From positions 128,001-192,000 of the IMG/VR virus record IMGVR_UViG_3300034161_000018: DNA of 64,000 bases; one strand, 5' to 3'. Below are positions 37,822 to 47,602 of this stretch, piece by piece. The notes beneath the pieces were generated by a model. That model was not told the origin of the DNA. It searched no databases and saw nothing but the letters and a program-made list of their open reading frames with translations. This stretch comes from a virus. Its lineage: Duplodnaviria > Caudoviricetes. The number at the start of each line of letters is the position of its first letter. Position 1 is the first letter of the stretch. The translations under genes were made by a program, and so were the position numbers.

Positions 37822-38151
37822 ATGACCGCTAAACTCGACGCCGCAATCGCTACCGCCAAAGAAGCCCGCAAAGTTTCCGGCAATGCCCTGAAAGCTCTGA
37901 ACGCTTCGCAGAAAAAAGTCACCGGCGCCGTTGCTGCTCTGGAAAAAGCTCTGACCGAACAAGACACCGCGCTGACCAACGCCACCACCGCTTCGGCCAA
38001 TGCCAAAACCGCCGCTGCTGCTCTGGCAAAAGCTCAGCCTGCCAAAGCTGCAAAAGCCGCCAAGCCTGCCGCTGTCAAAGTCGCCGCTGCTCCTGCGCCG
38101 GTCGCTGCACCAGCCAAAGCTGGCAAAGCCGCAAAAGCCGCCAAAGTCTAA
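37822..38151 (+). CDS. small Ala/Lys-rich histone-like protein
   Basis: AAGGA SD; helical N-half plus PAKAAKAAK tail; very biased codons. Confidence 0.75.
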   Translation: MTAKLDAAIATAKEARKVSGNALKALNASQKKVTGAVAALEKALTEQDTALTNATTASANAKTAAAALAKAQPAKAAKAAKPAAVKVAAAPAPVAAPAKAGKAAKAAKV

Positions 38152-38170
38152 AAACTTCGGCTAGTTAATC

Positions 38171-38197
38171 AAAAGGGAACCTTCGCGGTTCCCTTTT
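38171..38197 (+). terminator. Rho-independent terminator
   Basis: AAAAGGGAACC-TTCGC-GGTTCCCTTTT. Confidence 0.85.
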
Positions 38198-38218
38198 GTA
38201 CATTCTGGAGTTGAAAAA

Positions 38219-38416
38219 ATGCACGTTCAACACAAATGCAAACATTGCGGAAAGACCGAACGCCATCACGGCGCGTTCAGAAGCGAATGCCTCGTTAACG
38301 GTCGCAAGGTTTCTGACACGCAAACTTTTCAGGCTGACCCGGAAAAGTTCACGGTGTTTGCGCTGGCCCCGCGCCCGCGTACCACTACCGAACTGATGCG
38401 CAACATCGGGCGCTGA
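38219..38416 (+). CDS. small zinc-binding hypothetical protein
   Basis: CKHCGK..H..C; related N-terminal motif in next gene. Confidence 0.65.
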   Translation: MHVQHKCKHCGKTERHHGAFRSECLVNGRKVSDTQTFQADPEKFTVFALAPRPRTTTELMRNIGR

Positions 38417-38418
38417 AA

Positions 38419-39117
38419 ATGTACATCGTCGATTTCCGCTGCAAACATTGTCGGAAATGGAAAGGTGAACATCGGGCTAAAACGTTTGAGTGTCCGACCG
38501 GAACCAAAACCCGAATCGGATACTGCCAGTACGGGCCAGATGTTTACGAACCCAATCCGAAAAAGCCGAAGACAGTTCCTTTCGTACTCGGCAATCATTT
38601 TGGAGAAGTCGAAGTGAAGAAGAAAAGCAAAGACGATGCCGCCGACGTTTTGAACGCGGCAGTCGGTGCCTCGATTGGTAACGCACTGGCCGACGCACTC
38701 AACGGGATTGCAAACATTCCCGCGCCGAAAAAGAAGACGCCGAAAAAGTTTGTGGAAGACCCGGCGCAGCAAGTGCTGTTGGTGATTTACGAAATGATGC
38801 CGGAAGAAGTTTTCCTGTACTTCATTCCGCAGCCTGAACTGTTGGCGAAGAATCTTTACGGCGCGTTGCGTGCGATGGAAAACATCACCGTCAACTGCGT
38901 GGAAATGACGCCGACCCAAGACAAGGCGTTCCAGTATCTGAATGCTGCCATGTGCAACAAGAAAGAAAATCTGGACGAACAAAATCCGTTCGACTGCAAC
39001 CGCTTCGCTCACCAGTTGGTTCCGTTCCTGATTGACCGTTCCGAAACTGCAAAGCCGCTGTTAAACATTCCGGAAGGCCGCTCGCTCCGGATCATTCGTT
39101 CTGGCTTCGCAATGTAA
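38419..39117 (+). CDS. hypothetical protein with N-terminal C..C..H..C motif
   Basis: CKHCRKWKGEH...C. Confidence 0.7.
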   Translation: MYIVDFRCKHCRKWKGEHRAKTFECPTGTKTRIGYCQYGPDVYEPNPKKPKTVPFVLGNHFGEVEVKKKSKDDAADVLNAAVGASIGNALADALNGIANIPAPKKKTPKKFVEDPAQQVLLVIYEMMPEEVFLYFIPQPELLAKNLYGALRAMENITVNCVEMTPTQDKAFQYLNAAMCNKKENLDEQNPFDCNRFAHQLVPFLIDRSETAKPLLNIPEGRSLRIIRSGFAM

Positions 39118-39168
39118 TACCGCTTCACCTCAACGCAACATCACATTTTGCTTCATGGAGATTCTATT

Positions 39169-39564
39169 ATGAAAAACTTTCTTCTGCTGGTCACTCTGTT
39201 TTCCTGCCACGTCCTCGCTGCAAAGTGTGAGGCCGCGCAACACGCTCCGGATTCTTTGAATGAGCCGCGTTACATCGTGGTCATGTATTCCAAATCCGAA
39301 GCGGAAGCCGTACAGCGGGAAGTTGGACAATTGCCGAAACGCCACCTGACCCCACCGGGCAGCACGCAAGTTTGGGCAGCGTTCGATTCCAAGTCACCGA
39401 ATGCGGAAAGGTTTTCTAAGTTGTCCGTAAACGCTTACGTGGTCGCCCGTTCGCGGTTCGCGCAAATCTTGAAAGACTGCAAAGCGAACCCGACGACTGA
39501 TTACGACGCCAAACCATTTTGCGCCCCTCAATTTCTGGAACTCGCCGAGGTTATCAATGACTAA
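39169..39564 (+). CDS. putative exported protein (signal peptide)
   Basis: MKNFLLLVTLFSCHVLAA N-terminus; GGAG SD. Confidence 0.7.
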   Translation: MKNFLLLVTLFSCHVLAAKCEAAQHAPDSLNEPRYIVVMYSKSEAEAVQREVGQLPKRHLTPPGSTQVWAAFDSKSPNAERFSKLSVNAYVVARSRFAQILKDCKANPTTDYDAKPFCAPQFLELAEVIND

Positions 39565-40429
39565 CTCCAATCACATCGTAGAATTTTCCGTTCAAGCAAC
39601 TCCGGCGCAGATTCTCGCGCAAGCAATCCCGCACGTACAGAAACACGGGATCGAATTGTTTGAACTGGTGCGGATCAGCGATCAACTGAAAGCGCTGACT
39701 CAAAACGGAATCGACGGGCGCGCAATCATCAACGCAATCGCGGCCTATGACATTAGCCTTCACTTGATCGGCAATCGCATGATGCCTTTCGCTCACGGTG
39801 AACAGCCGTCGATTATTGTTCCTGCAAACTTTTCCGATACGACCATGCAGTTCCATTCGCACGTTGAACGCGTGCGCGGCGGTGATCGGTTCTGTGTTTA
39901 TTTCCCAACGCTGGATTCTGAATCCGGCATTTCGGAAATGTTGGTGAAGCAAGGCGTCTGGCTCAAGAACTACAACGCAAACTATTTGTATGCGCTGCTC
40001 CAGAAATTCCGAGCGACCAAACAGATGTTGATTGAGTCCGGGGATTTTTCTGGACGCACCACGCTTTGGATTCCAATGGTGCGAATCGACTTTGTGGGCG
40101 GGCCATTCAAAATGAGTTTGCTGCACAGTCGGGCCAGCCTGTTGCGGGATTTGGATTCGCCTTTCGCTCGCCTTGCCGCGAAAAGTAATTCCAGCCATGA
40201 GTTTGTCGAGCCGGTTAGTTGCACGTCTGAAAAGTTAGCGCTGTGTCGCGAAGCTGTACGACAAGCCGAGCCGTGGTATGGGGCAACGCTGGATTTCTTC
40301 AATCCTGCAAACAATCCGATTGGGGCCGACCAAGCCCGAACAGTTCGCGAACTATTGATTGCGGCTGAAACGGCGGTGCCTCACCAAATCCGTTCATTGC
40401 TTACCCTACCCAACCGAAACCTCCAGTAA
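39557..40429 (+). CDS. hypothetical protein
   Basis: GAGG SD, 290 aa. Confidence 0.75.
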   Translation: MTNSNHIVEFSVQATPAQILAQAIPHVQKHGIELFELVRISDQLKALTQNGIDGRAIINAIAAYDISLHLIGNRMMPFAHGEQPSIIVPANFSDTTMQFHSHVERVRGGDRFCVYFPTLDSESGISEMLVKQGVWLKNYNANYLYALLQKFRATKQMLIESGDFSGRTTLWIPMVRIDFVGGPFKMSLLHSRASLLRDLDSPFARLAAKSNSSHEFVEPVSCTSEKLALCREAVRQAEPWYGATLDFFNPANNPIGADQARTVRELLIAAETAVPHQIRSLLTLPNRNLQ

Positions 40430-40533
40430 AACGGAACCGTAACGGTTGACGGAAAGCCCCCGGTTCTGTACTATTGACTCATTCCTTGGCGTAGCGTGGC
40501 TGACTTCCAGACACTTACGACTTAGTGGATGTT
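40418..40533 (+). promoter_or_regulatory. inverted-repeat-flanked sigma70 promoter cassette, copy 3
   Basis: Inverted box 40418-40440; TTGACG 40446-51, 17 bp, TACTAT 40469-74; direct box ACACTTACGACTTAGTGGATGTT 40511-40533. Confidence 0.85.
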
Positions 40534-40662
40534 CCACCTTAAACGGAACGGCGTTAAGGCGTAAGCGCTGATGCAGTATGTTAGCGCCGAAGCTGATTGA
40601 ATAACCGTGCATGCTTCCATTCCGGAACACACGACACCAACTTTGAAACGGAGATACAAATC

Positions 40663-42351
40663 ATGGCAACTCTGAACCTGACCAAACTGGCCGAAGCTTC
40701 GATCATTCTGGACGGCGAGAAAGTAGCAGTGAAACGCGTTCTGAAAACCAAGGGCGAAATCATCATGGCGAACGGCGAGCGTCTGGCGCTGGAAAATGTT
40801 CGCGCTGTTGGCCGTGGCTTTGTTTACGACGCTCCGAAAAAAGCCGCAACCAAAAAGCCAGCCGCTGCCGCCACAACCAAACCGGCTGCCGCTGCATCGA
40901 AAGCCCCAGCAATGAGCAACGCAAACGGTAACGCGCTGGGCCGTGGCGCCCCGGTTACTGCCGACGATTTGCCAGTGGGCAAAATGATTACCACCAAAGA
41001 CGGCGAAAAGCTGGCCGTTGAAACTGTTCTGCCGAAAAAAGGCATCGTAAAACTGGCTGGCAATGTTCGCGTTGAACTGGCAAACATTGTTCGTCGCGGT
41101 CGCGGTTTCGTTGAACTGGACGTGACCGATGTTGTTCCGTCGTCGAAGCCTGCCGCAAAACCTGCCGCCACTAAACCGGCTGCAACCAAACCAGCGGCAA
41201 GCGGCAAAGCGGCTGCGCCTGCCGGTCATATGGCAATCGAACCGAAACAACTGCGCGGCGCTCGCGTAAAAGTTGGTGGCCGTTACGAAACCGTCGAAAA
41301 AATCTTTGGCTCGAAAGGCCAAGTGATGACCGACAAAGGCACCCGTCTGGAAGTTGCAAACATTCACCAGAAGGGCACCAAATACATTTACGGCGAAGTT
41401 GAAGCCGCACCTGTAAAACCGGCGGCAAAAACTCCAGCGGCAAAACCGGCTGCTGAACCGAAAGCTGGTGGCATTCGTCGTCGCGAAGAACCGGTTGACG
41501 TTTCCAAACCAGCGGGCAAAACCGCTGCCGCGAAAACCGAAACCAAACCGGCCAAGATCAAAAAGATCGAAGCCTTGACCACTGACGTTACCGAAGAAAT
41601 CCGCGAAATCGCAGCCGAGTCTCTGCGCAACGCAATCGCCAAACTTTACGACCTGAAATTCGTAACCAGCGGCGCCGTGTTCAACAACGAAGTGGTAACT
41701 TTTGAACTGACTTTCGCGGTCGGTTCGTACACCCCGAAACAAATCGCCGCTCTGCTGGCTGACCTGAAAGCCGAAGAAGATTCGGAAGACTTCGACGATT
41801 CGGAACTGAGCGGTTCGGACGACGACGATTCGGAAGAAGACGAAGACGATTCGGAAGATGATTCCGAAGAAGAAGACGACTCCGAAGAAGAAGACGATTC
41901 GGAAGACGATGATTCCGAGGAAGACGATTCGGAAGACGACGATTCGGAAGATGATGATTCGGAAGATGATGACTCCGAGGAAGATGATTCCGAAGAAGAC
42001 GACTCCGAAGAAGACGACGAGTTTGAAAACGATTCGGACGACGAAGAAGACGACGAAGAATCGGACGACGACATTGACGCAAAAGTTGCTGCCGGTGTTG
42101 CTGCTCTGGAGAAAAAGTTCGGCAAACATTCCTCGTTCCAAGCGTTTGCTGAAAACTACCTGCTGTCTGAGGAAGTTGAGAAAGCATTCGGCGACGACAT
42201 GACTGTTGGCGTGACCAAACTGAAAACCGAAAAAGGCGTTTACGTTCTGGTCGGCCTGCACGACGATGGCGACGTGATCCTGATTAACGGCAAAACTGCC
42301 AAGCTGAAAAAATCGACCATCGCCGCTGTTGCACGCATGGAAGAAGTTTAA
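40663..42351 (+). CDS. repeat-domain protein with Ala/Lys linkers and ~100-aa acidic tract
   Basis: GGAG SD; three ~50-aa beta-rich repeats plus a similar C-terminal unit; SEEDD repeats. Confidence 0.8.
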   Translation: MATLNLTKLAEASIILDGEKVAVKRVLKTKGEIIMANGERLALENVRAVGRGFVYDAPKKAATKKPAAAATTKPAAAASKAPAMSNANGNALGRGAPVTADDLPVGKMITTKDGEKLAVETVLPKKGIVKLAGNVRVELANIVRRGRGFVELDVTDVVPSSKPAAKPAATKPAATKPAASGKAAAPAGHMAIEPKQLRGARVKVGGRYETVEKIFGSKGQVMTDKGTRLEVANIHQKGTKYIYGEVEAAPVKPAAKTPAAKPAAEPKAGGIRRREEPVDVSKPAGKTAAAKTETKPAKIKKIEALTTDVTEEIREIAAESLRNAIAKLYDLKFVTSGAVFNNEVVTFELTFAVGSYTPKQIAALLADLKAEEDSEDFDDSELSGSDDDDSEEDEDDSEDDSEEEDDSEEEDDSEDDDSEEDDSEDDDSEDDDSEDDDSEEDDSEEDDSEEDDEFENDSDDEEDDEESDDDIDAKVAAGVAALEKKFGKHSSFQAFAENYLLSEEVEKAFGDDMTVGVTKLKTEKGVYVLVGLHDDGDVILINGKTAKLKKSTIAAVARMEEV

Positions 42352-42365
42352 CGGCCAACTGATTC

Positions 42366-42393
42366 GGGGGCGGGTAACACCGCCTCCCCTTTT
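42366..42393 (+). terminator. Rho-independent terminator
   Basis: GGGGGCGG-GTAACA-CCGCCTCCCCTTTT. Confidence 0.65.
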
Positions 42394-42411
42394 CAAACCG
42401 GAGTGTTTGCA

Positions 42412-43311
42412 ATGAACATCAAACTACCGACGCCAAGCGAAATGCCGACGCGTCTTTTCGACCTTATGGTTCAGCGTTTTCAGATGGAACTGTTCAACGG
42501 TTTCTCTGCGCCGGACACCGCGTTGAATTCGTGGTTTACCGAAAAGCTGGATGGCCGCACCGTGCTGCGCGCAAGCTTCACTTTCGATTACGACATTGCG
42601 GTCGAAGGTGAACACCTGCCGAAAGTTATGGAACTCATGCTGCAAACAGTTCGGGGCGCCGGATGGTTTGCGGAAGTCCACAGCGCCACGCTGGATGTTT
42701 GCGAAATTGATTTTTCCGAACTCGGCGATTCCGAAGACGAAGAAGACGACGAAGACGAACGCGACCCGGACGACTTCGACCCCGCACACGATGCGGGCGT
42801 AATGCTTTCGCTGGATCGTCACGGCGAAGTTGAACCGCCAGCCGAACATTCTGCAAACGTTGACGCTGACGACGAAGACGATTCCGAAACTCAGTTCCGT
42901 GATGATTCGGAAACCGAATTGGAATTCGAGGACGAAGACGATTCCGAAGACGATGACGCCGAAGATGATTCGGTAGATTCGGACGACGATGAAGTTTCCG
43001 AACCGAAACCCGCGCCGACCGGCACCCGCATTCTGGTAGAAGCAATTTCAGAATTCGGTGACGCAATCAGCGCTGGCGCAATTGACTGGACAGATATTGT
43101 CGAGTTGGACGCGACCACTGTTGTGCTGGAACTAATGCGCGATGGAAAAGAACTAGAAATTGAAGTCGCCGCGAAGTTTGACGAAGCGTCTGAAACTCAA
43201 GACGTTGTGTTCCACGTCACGCCTTCGGAAAAACCGACTCTGCATTTTGCTAGTTTGAGTGCGCTCATGGCATACTTGAAAGAGGTCTACGGCGATGCAA
43301 CCAAAACATGA
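42412..43311 (+). CDS. acidic hypothetical protein
   Basis: GGAG SD; central D/E-rich linker. Confidence 0.75.
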   Translation: MNIKLPTPSEMPTRLFDLMVQRFQMELFNGFSAPDTALNSWFTEKLDGRTVLRASFTFDYDIAVEGEHLPKVMELMLQTVRGAGWFAEVHSATLDVCEIDFSELGDSEDEEDDEDERDPDDFDPAHDAGVMLSLDRHGEVEPPAEHSANVDADDEDDSETQFRDDSETELEFEDEDDSEDDDAEDDSVDSDDDEVSEPKPAPTGTRILVEAISEFGDAISAGAIDWTDIVELDATTVVLELMRDGKELEIEVAAKFDEASETQDVVFHVTPSEKPTLHFASLSALMAYLKEVYGDATKT

Positions 43312-44275
43312 TCCGAGTATCGACCTTTCGGCAGTGATTGGCGCAATACCCAATCACCTGAAAGCCCGGTTTCACAAAGAAATCCACCACGCGTTCGCCA
43401 CAAACCTTTGTGTTTACGGCGCCGATTATGTCACGCATACGGTGATTCATTTCACCAGCGCCGAAAGCCCGCACGTTGCGTTGGCAATCGAAGACATAAA
43501 AGTGGAACTGGAAACCAGCGCGTGGCATATGGCCGTGCGCCAATCTGACCCGCAGTTCATCGAAGTTTATTTGTCGAGTAACGTTGTGCATGTTCAACCG
43601 CTGAACCTTTCCGCGTTTGCGGAAGCGACCGGCCTCGACATTAGCGACGTGCGCGCCGAACTTCCTGAGTCAGCGGCCAATCAACCAATCGAACCGGAAG
43701 TTGTGGCGCCGACCCCGGCCCATGACCACCACGTTTCCGGAATGTTGGCGCTGCAAATCTCTGAAAGGGTTTGCGTTGTTTTGGCTTCCGCGTTTCCCGA
43801 ACGAATCGCCAAGCCGCAAGCGGTGACGACTTCGGCAATCGGCCCGCACGTTTTGGTTACGGCCAACACTGGCGAACTGTTTGGCGTGTGGCCTGAAAAG
43901 GGCGAAGACGAAACCCCGGCGTTCCGGTTCGCGGTGCTGCTCGATCCGCAAACAATCCAATCCGAAATCATCCTCAATGGGTATTCGGAACTGGTGCTGC
44001 ACTTTGCGGATTATCTGGAACCGGAAAAGCCTCGGCGCTTCCAACTGTTCCGGCGTTTGACGGAAAACCCCCGCATCATGGCGCGGTTCCACGTCGCATA
44101 CCGGTTGGCCGAAATCATCGTGACGGAAAAAGATGGTGACGGCAAATCTGTAAAGACTATATCAGAGGCAACCGAAACGCAGTCGCTGTTTAACCTGCGC
44201 ATTGTTTCGGAAAGTGGCGCAAACGATTTCGTTGCGACCGCCGACGATATGGAAAACCTCATACTCACGCATTAA
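43295..44275 (+). CDS. hypothetical protein
   Basis: 326-aa ORF, GAGG SD. Confidence 0.7.
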   Translation: MQPKHDPSIDLSAVIGAIPNHLKARFHKEIHHAFATNLCVYGADYVTHTVIHFTSAESPHVALAIEDIKVELETSAWHMAVRQSDPQFIEVYLSSNVVHVQPLNLSAFAEATGLDISDVRAELPESAANQPIEPEVVAPTPAHDHHVSGMLALQISERVCVVLASAFPERIAKPQAVTTSAIGPHVLVTANTGELFGVWPEKGEDETPAFRFAVLLDPQTIQSEIILNGYSELVLHFADYLEPEKPRRFQLFRRLTENPRIMARFHVAYRLAEIIVTEKDGDGKSVKTISEATETQSLFNLRIVSESGANDFVATADDMENLILTH

Positions 44276-44277
44276 AG

Positions 44278-44574
44278 GTGAAGGCAATGCAAGTCGCTCA
44301 ATTCGCAGAAATCATAATGGCTTCGCTCGACCCGGCAGAATCTCCCGCTGGCATCATTGCGAACCATACCGAGCTGGAAGCGGTTGAGGCTTGCATTGCC
44401 CTAAACCTTTCGCTCGCCGCAAAAGAACTTTTCGTTGTTCCGATGAAAGATTCGGGCGACCTGTTGATTGTTCACGAACCGTCGATTGTGGCCGACCCGG
44501 AACTGCGCAACACCCTGATCGGAATAACTGTAAACGATGGATTCAAGCTTATTAAAAAGGAGCATTTGCTTTGA
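44278..44574 (+). CDS. hypothetical protein
   Basis: 98 aa, operon packing. Confidence 0.65.
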   Translation: MKAMQVAQFAEIIMASLDPAESPAGIIANHTELEAVEACIALNLSLAAKELFVVPMKDSGDLLIVHEPSIVADPELRNTLIGITVNDGFKLIKKEHLL

Positions 44575-45878
44575 CTCCGCTAGACAGCCTGTTACACCGT
44601 TTGTATGAGCGGGGCGAATTGAAGTTAACGGCAGAAACCGGAAACATTCATTCGTATTCGTACACGTACTTCGGGCGCATTGCCGAACAACGTGTTGTGA
44701 TTAACCCGGCGATGGAAAAGAAACAATTGCTGCAAATCGTCGGGCGGGCAATGGAAGGAAGTCTGGCCGACATAGCAACTGTTTCGATGATATACAACGT
44801 TGGATACGGCCTGCCGAAAGACGCGGGCCTTTCCGAAGTTTGGGCGCATTACGCAACGGTAAGCCCAGCCGTTTTGGACTTCGACGAAGCATGCCGCAAA
44901 CTGAAAGCGGATTACCGGAACTGCTCCGCAATTGTTTGGCCGGAAGGTTTGACCTTGCCGGTTGAACGCATGGCCGGACGGCTTAGCCGACTGAAACCGT
45001 TTTCGGAAAAGATGCGCGATGTGTTTGTCTCTCCGATTGTCGCTGGCATTCGGGTGATTATGGTTTACCGAAAAGTTGGGGAAGGGGCGCCGCAATTGTA
45101 TGCCGCGTATTACCTCGACAACGGTTCACCGGTTTTAGAAATAGACGCCTTGGTCAAGCTAGGCGCTCCGGTTTACTTAGACGGAACGCAAAACAATAAG
45201 GCGGTCGATTCGTTTGTTCCGTTCGGAAAGGCACGACTAACAATTGTGACCGGCACCATTGCGATTCCGACGAAACTCCACAAGAAGGCTCGACAGTTCG
45301 GCAAGACCACGAAGGACGTTTTCAAAGCTTTGCTCGCTGACACCAGCGCCCGGAAAACTCTGGAAGCTTTCGATAATTCTTTCTATGTCGAACAACTGGC
45401 CGGTTTCCGCAAACGCATCCGCAAACTGGAAGCCAAGCTGAAAACTGTAAAAGGATTACGTCGGGTCAACTTTAAAGCGGAATACGAAACGGCTGTAACG
45501 CACCATGCGAACTTGAAAGAGGCGCTGGCGAAATCGAATCCTGAAACTGAATACGCTAATTACTTAGACACGTTACCTGAATCTTATCTTCGACTGGTAA
45601 CGACCAGCCAATATGATTGGAAGCGCGGCGAATTGTTTGTGTCCAAACTCGCAGCGACCACCCCTTCCGAAATGTTTGCCGCGCACGGTATGACCGAACT
45701 GGTCAACGCCGGTTTGAGGTTCGTTGGTTACGGTACGCAAAAGCGGATCGGCGAGGAACGCTTACGCAAACTTGCAAACGAATTTGAAGACGCGTTAGGT
45801 TTCAAGGTAACTGGATTGATCGTTCAACCCCAATCGGAAACTCCGCAATTCAAAGGTTGCCGGATATTTACCAACTAA
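44571..45878 (+). CDS. degenerate NAD-dependent DNA ligase adenylation-domain homologue (predicted inactive)
   Basis: SPIVAGIRVIMVY ~ ELKLDGLAVSILY, VTGTIAIP ~ VRGEVFLP, LGFKVTGLIVQ ~ LGFDIDGVVIK; catalytic K/D absent. Confidence 0.55.
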   Translation: MTPLDSLLHRLYERGELKLTAETGNIHSYSYTYFGRIAEQRVVINPAMEKKQLLQIVGRAMEGSLADIATVSMIYNVGYGLPKDAGLSEVWAHYATVSPAVLDFDEACRKLKADYRNCSAIVWPEGLTLPVERMAGRLSRLKPFSEKMRDVFVSPIVAGIRVIMVYRKVGEGAPQLYAAYYLDNGSPVLEIDALVKLGAPVYLDGTQNNKAVDSFVPFGKARLTIVTGTIAIPTKLHKKARQFGKTTKDVFKALLADTSARKTLEAFDNSFYVEQLAGFRKRIRKLEAKLKTVKGLRRVNFKAEYETAVTHHANLKEALAKSNPETEYANYLDTLPESYLRLVTTSQYDWKRGELFVSKLAATTPSEMFAAHGMTELVNAGLRFVGYGTQKRIGEERLRKLANEFEDALGFKVTGLIVQPQSETPQFKGCRIFTN

Positions 45879-45891
45879 GAGGAACAGAAAC

Positions 45892-46908
45892 ATGAACACT
45901 CCAACCGAACTGCGCAGCGAACAGGCTCAACAAGCTGACCAGATCAACGCAATCTCTCAGGCGTCCAACACCCAACAGTCGCCCGAACTGTCCGAACACG
46001 AAACTGTAAAACTGACTCATGCAGCGGTCGAAGAAATCGTGATTCCGGCAGAAGCCGACGACGAGCCGGACTTTGAAGACGACGAAAGCGAAGACACCGA
46101 AAGCGACAGCGACGAAACCGTCGTTCGCATCGTGCCAACCGCAACCGTTTACTTCCGCGCTCAAGATTCCGCGCTGCAACAAACTCTGGTTTCGGTTCGC
46201 AAACATACCGATTCCGAAGGCGAACAGTTCGACCTGTGCAACCCGATTGCCAGCGGCAAACGCAAAGGCAAACCGGCTGGAGCGGTCGGCATTCTCCGCC
46301 AACCAGTTGCCGAGTTCTTCAAATATTTGGGAACGGTAATTAACCAGAACGTGGTGTTCCTCGGCGCTCGCGAAAACTGTGAAGAATACATGGATCGCTT
46401 GTTCGTCCGTGTTGAAAACCGTTTGGCCGAATTGCTGTACGGCGCTGATCCATTCCTGATGGGCGAAGGTGAAGACACTTACTCCATCGAAAAAACCGAA
46501 CTGTTCTCGTGCTCGATCACGTTGAACACCGAACAGTCCGGTGAAGAAGTTATCGCTTACGTGAACGTCGCAATCAATGTTCACGTTGCACAACTGTTGG
46601 GCAATGTCGATAAAGCCGAAAACGTTTTGAAGCTTTATCAGAAGTTCCTGCAAACTGTGTTCGCCGAAGCCGGTATCGAAACTGTAAACATCGGAGTAGT
46701 ATTCGATGTTGAAAACTTCTCCGAAACCGACAGCCCGGCTTACCGTTTGTTCAACCTTCTGGTCGGCAATGCTCTTTCGGTGAAACCGCAAGCCGTAATC
46801 AGCAAACATTCGTTCAGCGGCCTGCCACACGAATTCGCATTCCAGCAAAACAGCGCGAACACGCTGGTACTGCTGGACACTCAAACCCCTCAAGTTCCAA
46901 AGGTGTAA
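45892..46908 (+). CDS. acidic hypothetical protein
   Basis: GAGGA SD; 338 aa. Confidence 0.8.
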   Translation: MNTPTELRSEQAQQADQINAISQASNTQQSPELSEHETVKLTHAAVEEIVIPAEADDEPDFEDDESEDTESDSDETVVRIVPTATVYFRAQDSALQQTLVSVRKHTDSEGEQFDLCNPIASGKRKGKPAGAVGILRQPVAEFFKYLGTVINQNVVFLGARENCEEYMDRLFVRVENRLAELLYGADPFLMGEGEDTYSIEKTELFSCSITLNTEQSGEEVIAYVNVAINVHVAQLLGNVDKAENVLKLYQKFLQTVFAEAGIETVNIGVVFDVENFSETDSPAYRLFNLLVGNALSVKPQAVISKHSFSGLPHEFAFQQNSANTLVLLDTQTPQVPKV

Positions 46909-46914
46909 ACGGTC

Positions 46915-47487
46915 ATGGCCAAGAAAGAAAAAGTTGAAGTTGCAAAACCGCGCGGTAAAGTCGCCCGTTCCGAAAAAGTTGCACGTCGCCTGAATGGCGT
47001 CAGCGCCAAGACCCCATTCAAAATGTCGAAAGCTGTTTTCGGTATCGAAGCGGTCGCAAAAGTTCCGGTGAGCATTCAAGGCTTCATCGTTGAACAGTCG
47101 AAAGACATTGTGGCTTTCCGCCACAAACGCACCAGCGCATCGAAGCGTATGGTTGTAACCGTGTTCAACACCAGCGACATTCTGGAACTGTTCGGCGTTC
47201 CGGGCGAACCGGCTGAACTGACTGTGCTGATGGATCAAACCATTCGCAAAGCTCAAGGCACCATCGTCGCCAGCACCGCTGCGGGCGTTACCATTCAAAC
47301 CACCAGCGGCGAACAAATTTCGTTCTACCGCACGGCTGGCGTGAAAATCCAAATCAGCGCCGAAGACGAAGAAGGTTCGCAGCCTTCCAATCGCGGCCCG
47401 AAATCCGGCAAGAAAGCTCCGGTCGTTGACATCAAGTCCGGTGGTAAGAAAAAGAAAAAGCGTTCGGATGACGACGACGAACTCTAA
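46915..47487 (+). CDS. hypothetical protein with basic termini
   Basis: 190 aa, highly biased codons. Confidence 0.8.
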   Translation: MAKKEKVEVAKPRGKVARSEKVARRLNGVSAKTPFKMSKAVFGIEAVAKVPVSIQGFIVEQSKDIVAFRHKRTSASKRMVVTVFNTSDILELFGVPGEPAELTVLMDQTIRKAQGTIVASTAAGVTIQTTSGEQISFYRTAGVKIQISAEDEEGSQPSNRGPKSGKKAPVVDIKSGGKKKKKRSDDDDEL

Positions 47488-47503
47488 GTCAGCGCCGGTC
47501 GCA

Positions 47504-47513
47504 AAACTGTAAA
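47504..47513 (+). promoter_or_regulatory. AAACTGTAAA motif
   Basis: Exact copy; context GCAAAACTGTAAAC identical to 53711-53724. Confidence 0.7.
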
Positions 47514-47602
47514 CCTGTACACGTCACCCGCCGAATTAAATGGTGCCTGCGGCTAAACAGGCACCAATCAAAACACCCAAACAATTTTCGGAGTTGTAAA
47601 CA

